This document shows positions 28,627 through 41,389 of a stretch of 64,000 bases of DNA, piece by piece. The stretch is from the human T2T-CHM13v2.0 reference genome, Homo sapiens. The translations under genes were made by a program, and so were the position numbers. The DNA lies in NCBI RefSeq assembly GCF_009914755.1, contig NC_060933.1. One strand, given 5' to 3'. The notes under the pieces are model-generated. The model saw only the letters and a program-made list of their open reading frames with translations, had not been told where the DNA came from and made no database searches. Each line of letters begins with the position of its first letter. Positions within the stretch are counted from its first letter, which is position 1.

Positions 28627-28959
28627 CCAGGCCACTTCTCAGCCCACTGGCCAACTTCAAGATTGACTGCTGTTAGGTCACAATACCCACTTGGCCAGGG
28701 GTAGAGATCACTCAGTATCATGTGTGGTGTAAGCTGTTGAGATTAGGCATAGACAGTGGCAGGTGACTGACGGGCTGGACAACTGACAGATGCTCACCTT
28801 GGCCAGTGTAGGCACAGATAGGGCAGGACCCCATTCGTTTAAGTGTTCCATCCTCAGAAATCCCCTCTCCCCCACTTCTTCCTTCTCTTCATTCCTTCTT
28901 TGCTATTTTTAAATGGCACATTGGAAATAAAACAATTGTCAATGTATTCAGCCCTCCCG

Positions 28960-29390
28960 CAGCGGGCTGCCAATCAGCACAGTCCAGCCTACCTCCGCTT
29001 CCATTCCCTCCACCTTAGCCCTCACCTCCCTCTTTGCTCTTGCCCCCGTCTCCGGGCACTCAGGTCTCTGTTAGTTTCTCAACAGCTTTGCATATGCTGT
29101 TCCCTCTATTTGGAATGCTCTTCCCCATCTCCCACCCCTGGCTGGCTTTTCCTGGCCACCCACTCTGAATGATGCGCTCCTCTTACATATGTGCCCTGTG
29201 TGTTTCTTTACTGATACTTGTCAGCCTGCTGATCGACTTATTTGCACAAACATTTAATAAATCACTGGACCGTCTGCTGTAGGCGGGCAGAGATCGGATC
29301 TGTTTTGTCTTGCTCAGTACTGTGCAATAACACCTAGAACAGGCCTGGCTTGGTAGATAGCTATTGAATAAGTGAGTGAATGGATGAATG
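28960..29390 (+). mobile_element. L2 3' region
   Basis: ctttgcatatgctgttccctctatttggaatgctcttccc...cctagaacaggcctggc...gaataagtgagtgaatggatgaatg. Confidence 0.7.
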
Positions 29391-29740
29391 TCATTGAATC
29401 AGAGATGATTATGATTCACAAAGGCTTATATGTATGAGTGAATTTGAAAAAATAGAAACAACTTGAATATTCAATAATAGCCAATTAAAAATATAGTAAC
29501 CTACAATGGAATTTGCATGGCAATTAAAATCATAATTTAAAAGCATATCCATGACCAACAGCATTAGTCGTTAGGCAAATGCAAATCAAAACCATGATGA
29601 ATTGCCACTTTACACTCACTAGGATGGCTGTAACTTTTAAAAAAGGGAAAATAACTGTTTTTGGTGAGGATGTGGAGAAATTGGAAGTGGATGTGGAATC
29701 TGGCAGTTCCTCAAAAAACTAAACATAGATTTACCATAGG

Positions 29741-30134
<394 letters not shown>

Positions 30135-30452
30135 TCACAGAACATGATTAATAATTTTCAAAGAGTAGAAAAAACTCAAATGTTGATCAACTGCTAAAGG
30201 GATACACAAAATGTGATCTGTCTAAACAGTGGAGTATTATTTAGCCATAAAAAAGAATGAAGTACTGATTTATGCTACAACTTGAAATGTTTAACCTTGA
30301 AAGTATTATGCCAAATGAAAGAAGCCAGTTACAAATAGTCAAATGTTGTAGAATTCCAATTATATAACCTATCCAGGTGCCAAATGCAGACAGATAGAAA
30401 GCAGATTCGTTGCCAGGAAATGAGGGGAAGGGGAGTTGGGGATTGGCTAGTA

Positions 30453-30536
30453 TTAGGTCAGTGCAGAAGTAATTGCGGTTTTGGCCACTTAAAATAAAAA
30501 ACGTCAAAAACTGCAATTACTTTTGCACCGACCTGT
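30453..30536. mobile_element. MADE1 (Hsmar1-derived mariner MITE)
   Basis: ttaggtcagtgcagaagtaattgcggttttggcc...caaaaactgcaattacttttgcaccgacct inverted termini; flanked by TA. Confidence 0.92.
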
Positions 30537-30639
30537 TAATAGGTATAAGATTTCTTTTGGGGATGATAGAAATGTTCTAGAATTAGGTAGTGGTGATAGT
30601 TGTACAACATAGTATACTAAAAGCCACTGAATTGTACAA

Positions 30640-30947
30640 TTTATTTATTTATTTATTGTGACAGAATCTCACTCTGTTGCCCAGACTGGAGTGCAGTGGC
30701 ACCATCTTGGTTCACTGCAACCTCTGCCTCCTGGATTCAAGTGATTCTTTCTGCCTCAGTCTCCTGAGTAGCTGGGATTACAGGCGCCCACCATCATGCC
30801 TAGCTAATGGCTAATTTTTATATTTTTAGTACAGACGAGGTTTCACCATGTTGGCCAGGCTGGTCTCGAACTCCTGACCTCAGGTGATCCACCCGCTGTG
30901 GCCTCCCAAAGTGCTGGAATTACAGGCGTGAGCCACCGTGCCAGGCC
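30640..30947 (-). mobile_element. AluSx-like
   Basis: Reverse Alu; TSD tgaattgtaca at 30628 and 30948. Confidence 0.94.
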
Positions 30948-31142
30948 TGAATTGTACACTTTAAAGTAGTGAGTTTTACGTTATGTGAATTGTATCTCAA
31001 AAAATAAATTAAAAGTATGTGCAATGAGAGAAGACGGTGTTCATGGTTTATTAAAGGGAAACCACAAGGTTACATAACTTAGCTGCAATATCTACCATAC
31101 TCTATACATACGAGAATTCCTAAAAAGTAACAGTATTAGAAT

Positions 31143-31170
31143 ATGTGTGTGTGTGTGTGTGTGTGTGTGC
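31143..31170. repeat. (TG)n microsatellite
   Basis: Pure TG run. Confidence 0.95.
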
Positions 31171-31363
31171 GTAGCAGATACAGATGCAACCACAAACTGA
31201 GACACGTAAGAAATGTCATGTTTGTCTCAATTTTAAAATGACCTGAGAAAGAACTCTTCTGTGCACTCGCTTTAACCCTCTTTCTTCCTTACTACTCAAA
31301 CCTTCGCTAGGTTGAAACTGCAGCCTGGAGAATGGGATTGGAGGTGAGAAGAAACTGACATTC

Positions 31364-31410
31364 TGTCTATTTCTAGACCAGAAAATTCTGCACTGGTCTA
31401 GAAATAGACA
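31364..31410. repeat. Perfect 18-bp inverted repeat with an 11-nt loop
   Basis: tgtctatttctagaccag-aaaattctgca-ctggtctagaaatagaca. Confidence 0.95.
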
Positions 31411-32614
31411 TGATTGCCTTGGACTGTGTTTGCAATTTAAAGGAATTGTCATTACTAAGACAGCAAAAAAGTCGCCCCCCCCAACCCTTCCTGGAGTTGT
31501 CCCACTGACTACATTTTAAAGAGATAATGGAACACAAAAATAAAGTTGTGCTTTTGATTACATTACCAGTCTGGCTTGTTCAACCTGCTGGTTCCAATAG
31601 CATTATTTCTGCACCTGTTGCTAGCTAGGCATTGGGCTACTATAACAAAGGTTTGCCTCGTTTAGCCTCAAAAACATCCTAAAGGCAGGCCATACCCTCC
31701 AGATGATCCAGAAGGAGAAACTGAAGCCCAGGGTGGTTACATTGCATGTTCTTGGTCACACAGCTAGTAGGTGGCAAGTTTGCCTTTTTGAGCCTCTATC
31801 TCCTCATCTGTGAAATGGGGATGCTATGGTTACCTTGCAGGGTCACTATAAGGATTCACAGAGGTGAATGGGGGTGCTCTGCGCACTGTAGGGGGTGCAG
31901 TCAAGGATCACATCTTCCTCTTTGAGCCTGCCTCCCCGTCTCCTGGCACTGTGTCTCTGGATGAGACTGGAGCTGTGTTTGGCCTCGTATGTCCTCACAT
32001 CTGGAAGGCATAGACTTGCTGGCACACTTGGCTTTTGGGTTCTGGAAATCCCCTCTCCTGTCCCCTGACCTTCATCTCTGGGCAGCTGACAGCAGCTGAC
32101 TCCCCACAGCCAGGCTGGAGGGGTCTCAGGCTCCGGGAAGGATTTCTGCCTCCCCAGAGAGGGCTGGCTGGCTCAGCCTTCTCGGGCAGCACTCCGCGTT
32201 AACCTCACTTCACGACCATGTTTCTGGTTTACTGGGAACCAGGCAGAATCTGCCGAGTCCTCAAAATATGAGAGGCTGAGGTTTTCTCTGCTGGTGTCTG
32301 TCTGGCATCCTGCTGGTCCTTATGAAGGGGTCCAGGGAATTGGGTTTGCAAAAATCTGGAGTGGGGTGCAATACAGGGCCCTTGTCTTCTGGCTCCCAGC
32401 CTAGTGGCAGGGCAGCCTCAGCCTGCATATTGGGAGAGAGGCTCTCCCCCAGTCTGCTGGTCCTGTGTTCCAACCTCACTTGCTATGTGATCTCAGGCAG
32501 AGACCTTTGCCTCTCTGGGTCTCATGAGCCCGTGTGTACAAAGACATGATTAGTTCTCCATGCACTGTGTGTGTGTGTGTTCATGGGCTATGCATGAGTG
32601 TGCCTGTGTGACAG

Positions 32615-32775
32615 ATGGGGAAATTTGGAAATGGGGAGGCATTTTTGGTTGTCACAAGGATGAAGGCAGGGTGCTGTTGGCATTAGTGCCGAGAAGCCAG
32701 GGATTCTAAGTGTCCTGCAGTGCACGGGATAGTCTCACATCGTGAAGGCCATTTGTGTCTCATTGAGAAATTCTG
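32615..32775 (-). mobile_element. MER20-like DNA transposon fragment
   Basis: ggcatttttggttgtcacaa...gggtgctgttggcat...gccagggattctaa...gcagtgcacgggatag. Confidence 0.6.
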
Positions 32776-33387
32776 GGCAGGATCATTTCCCAGGTCTGTG
32801 GTTTTTGATATTTTAAGATTGTTATCGGAAAGGAGCTCATTGCTACTTAATCTGAGGAAGAATTTTTCTATGCTAATATAACTATCATCACTTGAGTCAA
32901 CAGGCACAGAGCCAAGGAATGAAGAAGTCCCTCAAAGACTGTCCCATAACAGGGTGGGTCTGGCTAACTGGAAGGCCCCTTGATAGGTGTGACTGTGGGA
33001 AGGTTTGGGATTAAGGGTTGGAGGGATTGGAATTCCTAGTCTTAACAGACGGAGAGAGCAAGACTGAATGGGTGCAGGGGGAGGAGGCGTGGGAGGAGAG
33101 GAGAGAGGAGAAGGCATGGGTGGAACACTGGGCCCCTGGAAGGTGGGGGCCCTAGGAGGCAAAGTGGGCAGAGGAAGGTTCTTGGAGGTGCGGAGTTGGG
33201 CAGAAAAAGATACTGAAAACCAGGGATGTCAAATGTTCAGTGCGAAGCGTGTACCGCAGTGTAAACATGCCTCCACATTCCATCATCAGTTAGGTCTACA
33301 GCCACCCACATGTTTCTTGGGAATATGGGTTTTTCCTGGTAATTGAGGAAGGGGCTGAATGGTTTATCTTAGGAGACATACTGAGGA

Positions 33388-33433
33388 GCTGAGATGGTGA
33401 TGAAAGGGCCGCTGAGATGGTGATGAAAGGGCC
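33388..33433. repeat. Perfect 23-bp tandem duplication
   Basis: gctgagatggtgatgaaagggcc x2, followed by a degenerate actcagatg. Confidence 0.95.
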
Positions 33434-33564
33434 ACTCAGATGAGCCACAGCTGGTCTGACTCAGAGGCGGCAGTCGCGAGGAGCAGAGAGACCACGAGAA
33501 GGCAAGAGCCCTCATGACAAAATCTCGGGGAGGGCTTTCAACTTCCATGGGCCTGGAGTGAGTT

Positions 33565-33780
33565 ACAGTGCTTAAACAAGCAGGTTCCCAGTTCAGGGTA
33601 CCTGGGCCCAAATCTCAGCCCTGCCCTTTCTACCCATGTGACCTTGGCGAGTCACACACACTTCTCTAAGTGAGTCGGCTTCCTCATCTGTGAAATGGGG
33701 GTAACATTAGTGCTTCCTTAGATTTCGTTGAGAAGATGAAATAGCAGGATCCTGAAAGGGCACTGAGCCCAGCCCCTGAC
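33565..33780 (+). mobile_element. MIR
   Basis: catgtgaccttggcgagtcac...ttcctcatctgtgaaatgggggtaa. Confidence 0.75.
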
Positions 33781-33965
33781 TTGCTTCTCAGTTGATATTA
33801 GTTGATATTGATCATAGACAATGGTCCCTATGCTCCATTGTCTCTGGGGGCAGGGAGGTGGCAGCTGACATTTGGGTTTCAAGTATGCTTTCTCATCTAA
33901 TGCTCACACCAAGTCCACAAGGCAAATATTTGACTCCTCATCGTACAGATAAAGAATCAGAAGCT

Positions 33966-34348
<383 letters not shown>

Positions 34349-34404
34349 TCAGGTCTCTCTGACTGCACAGTCCTGCTTCTGCTCCTCCAGGCAGCCTCCT
34401 GAGT

Positions 34405-34470
34405 CATCTACAGTGGAGTAAGATGCCTTGAGAGGTAATGAGCTGTCCGTCACTAGGCTGATTGGAAGAG
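34405..34470 (+). mobile_element. L3/CR1-like relic
   Basis: tgccttgagaggtaatgagctgtccgtcactagg resembles the CR1/L3 3' motif. Confidence 0.4.
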
Positions 34471-34670
34471 GACTCTGCTCTGGGCAGGAGCACAGATGGT
34501 CCCTGGCTCTAGGACTCAGCTCTCTGATGCAGCAGTTTTGGGCTTTGGGAAGGATTGTGGGGATTACTGATGAGCTTCCAGGACTGGGTCATGGAGTTTG
34601 AACACCAGGCATTGCTAAGAACCTGGCAGATTCACAAGGGCCCCTTGTTGCGCTTAACGCACGTGGAGCG

Positions 34671-34712
34671 GTGTGTGTGTGTGTGTGCACGTGCGCATGC
34701 GTATGTGTGTGT
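34671..34712. repeat. Alternating purine-pyrimidine (TG/CG) tract
   Basis: gtgtgtgtgtgtgtgtgcacgtgcgcatgcgtatgtgtgtgt. Confidence 0.9.
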
Positions 34713-36424
34713 AGATGTGCTGAGTTGACACTGCTTTCTTTCCTTCACCATCCCATGAGGAACAGTCTGCACTTGAGGTCACAAATGTTGACACAGGACA
34801 TGGGCATGAAATTCCAGGAGGAGAGTGACAGTAGGGCTGGAGGCTTGGAGACCACTAGATACCTGACATTCTTTATGCAAGAAAGCCTGACCCTCTATTC
34901 TCTGAGACTGGCTGGAGGGGACCCTGACTCAGGGGACAGGGGGACCGAGGGCTCCACAGGTGGGCCCAGTTGCCTGGGAGCAGCAGACAGTGAGTCAGGA
35001 ACCTGCTGTGCCACCAACACACTGGGTGACCTTCTCGCTCCCCATCTATCCAAGAAGGGGCCTTGGCTAGGTTCCTTCCTGTGCGGTGGGGAGGGTCGTG
35101 GAGGTCTGATTCGATTTCCTTGGAATTCCCCAAGCTGGGAAAGCTCAGAGCATTTCCCTAAAAGGCCTGGTGGATGACGGACTGGCTCAAAGAAGCATGG
35201 CTACATCAAAGAGAGGAAAGCAATGTGGGGCAGGAATTTCCTGTAGGAAAGGTACGAGGGAGATTCCTGGGTTGTGGGGTGTAGGTGCTTTCTTCCTGCT
35301 TAGGACACAGGATTCCCAGAGGAGAAAGAACAGCTGGTCCCATACCTCTGACCGAATGTGAGAAAATGGGCTCAAATTACAAGAGGGATTACAGTTAGAC
35401 ACTTAGTTCAACCAGATAAAGTAGTCACTTGGATCCTTTTACACTGAGAGGGGTTTGGCCTGAAGTTGTAAACAGGTTTAACAAAGCTTAGAGAAGTCTA
35501 CACATTCTGAACAGAGGGAGAAGTAAGGAAAAGGGGAGGTTTCAGATCAACAAGGGAGCTCTAGGCGTTGGCCATCTTGCTGGTACTGCACTGGGCATCT
35601 TGGCAGGGGCACATGGTTCCTTTTCCCCAGAAATTTGTAGTACATTGCTGGAAGAATCTGAAAACTAGAGAGTAAAAATCCAAAACAAAAGGAAAAAAAA
35701 AGTCAAAGTTCAAATCCAGGACATTAAACTTGAGCACACACTGAGGGCCAAATCCTTTGCCTGCATGAGATCACGGAGTGTGTGGTGAAAAGTCAATATC
35801 ATTAGAGGGGCTGTGGGCTCAGAGAGGTTGCATCTCTTGCCCAGGTTCACACAGCCGTTAGCAGCAGATCTAGCTTTCTCTGCTGTGCCACAGACACCCG
35901 TGCCAGGTGCCCAGGCTGGGGGCCTTTCTTATTCCTTCTCTGTGTCAGGAGCTGTGCTACATGGTGGTGGTCGGAGGCTGTGGATCAGGAACAACAGGAC
36001 AGAACCCATTTCTCATAGTTATACAGTTTCTATGGCCAGTTTAGAAAAGGAATTCCTGTCATTGGGAGCTCAAAGTCCCAGACCCATTCCAGGGACATAA
36101 AGGCAGAGGATGCAGTCTCCCGTGGAAACACGAGTTTGAATCCCACGCCTGAAAAAAAAAGAAAGAAACATAAATAAGTAAATAGAGGCAGTGGGAGTGC
36201 CAGACAGAGCTGCAGGGGCTCAAGAAAGGTGGGCTTAGGGAGGGCACTAGGTGTGAAGTCTCCTTGTGAGAAGGTGGGCAGGCCAGGTGAGAAGAGACGT
36301 CCCCAACTCCAGGATCAGCTATAGAGGGGTGGTTCACTGCGGACAGAGATCTTTGAGGAGCCCCAGTCACATGCTGAACACTGCCCTTGCAGGCAGGATT
36401 GCAGGCTGATTAGAGACACTGGCA

Positions 36425-36620
36425 ATCAGGCAGATCTGGATGCCAATCTGGTTCTAGCTTAGTGTGACTTTGGGCAAATTACTTGCCCTCTCTGAGCACC
36501 AGTTTCCCCAACTGTTAAACAAGAATAATAATACTTTCCTTGCAGGGATATTATATAGAAAGCATTTGGCCCAGTGCTTGGCACATCAGGAGCACCCCCT
36601 AAATGGCGGCTGTTATTACT
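36425..36620 (+). mobile_element. MIR
   Basis: gtgtgactttgggcaaattacttgccctctctgagc...cccagtgcttggcacatcaggagc. Confidence 0.75.
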
Positions 36621-37635
36621 CAGTTTATGATTGGGAGAGTCCCTTCTCCACTTGCTCCCTGGCCTCAGTTTCCTCAGATAACAGGATGGCCTCTGAGCAG
36701 CTCTGAGAGGCTGACTCCACTGGACTCCAGGCAGGGGCTAACCAGGGCCTGGTCCCCACGGAGATCGAATTTCCAGTTCCTCACTGGAGCCAAGTAAACA
36801 CAGGGGAGACAGCACGGCTCCCTCAGCCGCCCACTAACAACCAGATTCCGAAGCCACCGCAGCTGCGGCTGTCCACTCTGATTGCGTCTGGCTCCAGCAT
36901 CCCCAGCCCTGCTGCTGTCACCCTCATGGGACCCTGGGGTTTGGGTTAGGGGTGTGGCAGAGATGGTGCAAGCCAGCCTCATGGTGGTGGTGACGGGTAG
37001 GGCAACATTGTCCGCTGCTTCCAGAAGCAAATGGCTTGTCTCTTGGAGTCGTCCTTTTCAGCTGCCACCTCCTTCTGTTGGTGACTTCACTGGACCACTA
37101 AAGCTGCTGACAGAGGAGACAGAGCCCAGGATGCTAAGGAAGCTCTCTCCCCCATTGCACTCCATTCCTCTGAGGTCAAGACCAGTGGTCTCAGTTTTAT
37201 AACCTCTACATTCTTCTATTCTCTGGCTTTTCACGTTCCAGGAGAAACAGTATTTACTGAGCACGACTATGTAGGAGACATAGGTGAGCAAGACACAGAA
37301 TTCCAAGTCCTTAAGGATTTCATAATTTGTCTGGCGAACTCCTATCCACCCTTCAAAACCCAGTTCAAATATCCTCTCCCACCTCTCCATGCTGCTTATC
37401 TCATGCTACTCCCTCACTGGTTCTCTGCACTTGGCCATGTGACCTTTCGGCAGCTGTGGGTTGACGGGACGCAGCAAAGCTCCTGCCCTCCTGAAGACCT
37501 TTACTGGGTGCTGCACCCTCTGCCCCCTCCCACTCACCATTCTGAGCAACCCATGCCTACCCCTCAAATCTCAGCTCAGACGGCATCTCCAGCATATACA
37601 GAGTGAGGGCCCATGGACTTTACAGGTAAGGCCAC

Positions 37636-38030
37636 TGATATGATTTGGGTCTGTGTCCCCACCCAAATCTCATGTTGAATTATAATCCCCAATGTTGGAG
37701 GTGGGGCCTGGTGGGAGATGATTGGCTCATGAAGGCAGAATTCCCCCTTGGTGCTGTTCTCGTGATAGTGAGTGAGTTCTCCTGAGATATGGTCATTGAA
37801 AAGTGTGAGGCACCTCCCCACTCCCTCTTCCTTATGCCCTGGCCGTGTGAGGTCCTGGCTCCTCCTTTGCCTTCCGCCATGATTGTAAGTTTCCTGAGGC
37901 CTCCCCAGAAGCAGACGCTGCTATGCTTCCTACACAGCCTGTGGAACTGTGAGCCAATTAAACCTCTTTTCTTTATAAATTACCCAAGCTCGGGTATTTC
38001 TTTATAGCAGTGTAAGAACAGATCCATACG
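37636..38030 (+). mobile_element. MSTA-like MaLR solo LTR, full length
   Basis: Starts tgatatgatttgggtctgtgtccccacccaaatctc; contains gtgagccaattaaacctcttttctttataaattaccca; 5-bp TSD gccac/gccat. Confidence 0.92.
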
Positions 38031-38269
38031 GCCATTATTTCGGTCTGCAACTTAAGCATTTACAGCATGTTTATTTGATTCCTGCCTGTCTCCCTTCCTG
38101 GAATGTAAATTCCATGGGGACAGGGAGCCTGTATTTGGTTACCTTTGTCATCCCAGGGTCTAGCATGTGGAGGACTCTCAGTATGCAGGAAGGAACTCCC
38201 TCTTCCATGAAGTCTTCCTTGATTGCCTCGGGCACATTTAGTTTTCCTCTCAAGTGCGCATCTCCCAGC

Positions 38270-39387
38270 ATTTTCTTTTATGTTATATTTTATGATATTT
38301 TTATTTTGAAATATTTCATATAGAGAGAAAAGGGTATAAACATATGTGTATAGTTTAACAAATAATTTTAAAGCAAACACCCACCTAACTAACACCCAGG
38401 TCAAGATATAGAACATTATCAGCAACTAGAACCCCCAGTGCACCTTTCTGTCTCTACTAGAGTTAGTTGATTTTTGATAATTTTTTTTGCTTTATTTTAT
38501 AGGTTTGCATCTACATAGGCATTCCTAAACCACAGAGTTTAATTTTACCCATTAAAAATTCTTTTTATTTACTTATTTATTTTTATTAAATTTTTTAGAG
38601 ATGGGATCTTGGTATGTTGGCCAGGCTGGTGGACTCAGACTCTCAGGTTCAAGTGATCCTCCCCTATCATCCTCTCAAGTAGCTGGGACTACAACACATG
38701 CCACCATACCCAGCTAATTTTTCTTATTCTTTGTAGAGATGGGGTCACCCTGTGTTGCCCAGGTTGGTCTCAAACTCGTGGGCTCAAGCGATCCTCCCGC
38801 CTTGTCCTCCCAAAGTGTTGGGATTAGAGGTGTGAGCCACTGCACCCAATGATGCCTTTTCACTTTCTTAATTGCACTTTCTGGTGATCAGGCATATAAA
38901 CATTTAATGTAATAAACGTATCAAATTTTTCCTTTATGCTTCATGGTTTTTAAGAAATCCTTTCCTACCTCAAGTTCATAATATCTTTTAAAAGCTTTAT
39001 GGTAACTTTTTATATTTAGATCTGCAGTGGGTTTTTTTTTTGTGGCGTGTAGTAGGGGTCAAGGTTCATTTTTTCCCTGCCATATGGATATCCGATAGAC
39101 TCAGCATCATTTGTTGAAGCACTATCCTTTTCCCACCACATCACAATTGTCATAAATCATGTTTCCATCTATGCCTGGGTCTGCTTCTGGATTCTGTCTC
39201 ATTGGACGGTGTGTTCATTCTTGCACCAACATCACAGCTTACCGTAGCTTTAATTTACGATACCCTGTGCTATGCTAAGTCTAAACAGCTGGTAGGGCAA
39301 GTCTTCTATGTTGTTATTCTTCTTCAAGAGCGTCTTGGCCCTTTGAGTTTCCATATACATTTTAGATTGTATCTTTCAAGTTCTAGC

Positions 39388-39388
<1 letters not shown>
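38270..39388 (-). mobile_element. Old L1M fragment, interrupted by an AluJ
   Basis: ttttattttgaaatatttca...cacccaggtcaagatatagaacattatcagca; ORF2-like cagcatcatttgttgaa...ttccatatacattttaga. Confidence 0.7.
38562..38848 (-). mobile_element. AluJ
   Basis: Reverse Alu with J-type ggctcaagcgatcctcccgcc. Confidence 0.9.
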
Positions 39389-39425
<37 letters not shown>

Positions 39426-39432
39426 TGCACAC
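39389..39432. repeat. (CA)n microsatellite
   Basis: Pure CA run, then gcacatgcacac. Confidence 0.95.
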
Positions 39433-39524
39433 GCAGCCCTCTCTTCATCCCTGAACTCTCTGCCTTCATCCTTTGCAGCATTTAGCCTTGGATCATGGAT
39501 GTTTATGTGTCTGCCTCCATCCAT

Positions 39525-39710
39525 ACTCAGCATCATTTGTTGAAACACTATCCTTTCCCCACCACATCACAGTTGTCATAAATCAACTCTGATTGCATCT
39601 GGCTCCAGCATCCCCAGCCCTGCTGGGGTATGTGTGGGTCTGCTTCTGGATTCTGTCTCATTGGATGGTGTGTTCATTCTTGCACCAACATCGCAACTTA
39701 CCATAGCTTT
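39525..39710 (+). repeat. Local duplication of 39099-39251 containing a 40-bp insert copied from 36875-36914
   Basis: Direct alignment by eye; the insert matches its donor at 39/40. Confidence 0.92.
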
Positions 39711-40034
39711 GCCACAGTAAGCACACCCAGGGCTGGGACAATGGCATCACGTCATTTCTGCACCCCAAGGCCTTCCTTCCTTGCTGAGTGGTGTGGAGGA
39801 CACGCTCTACAATCATCTAAGAGGTTTCAAAGAGTGAGAGCGAGAGAATGAGAATAGGAGAGAATCTGAACATGGTCAATGCTGTGGATGGTTCCGTCCT
39901 CCACTCCACCCAGGGAATGTATGGCCTGGAGTGAGTGCGAGATTGGAGACCAGAGTCTATCATTCTTCCATTCTTCCTGGAGGTGTTAGTTCCGAGGTGC
40001 CATCTTTCCAGACTGAGTGTGGATCTAGTGTTTA

Positions 40035-40785
<751 letters not shown>

Positions 40786-40859
40786 TCAACATGGCGAAAT
40801 TCCATAAAGAATTTTCAGGGATAATTTTAATGGTGCCCAGTGTTCTCCTTTTATGCTGA

Positions 40860-41154
<295 letters not shown>

Positions 41155-41389
41155 TAGTGCTGACCTTAGAACCAACTTCCGTACAGGACAGGACTCTACT
41201 TATTAACCTTCTATGATACCAACCTCCACAGCAGCGACTCTGCTGCACGTTTCTTGAAAGCAGGACTATATTTATCTTTCCCATGACGTGTTTTTCCCAG
41301 GAACTTGACACATTGTAGGTCCTTAGTAAATGCTATAGGATTAAACTTAATTCTACAGTCTTGCTTGCCTTCCACAAACGTTTTGTTTA

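Noticed and set aside
36935-36956. Telomere-like ggggtttgggttagggg
   Set aside because: Only one TTAGGG unit; too short for an interstitial telomeric repeat.
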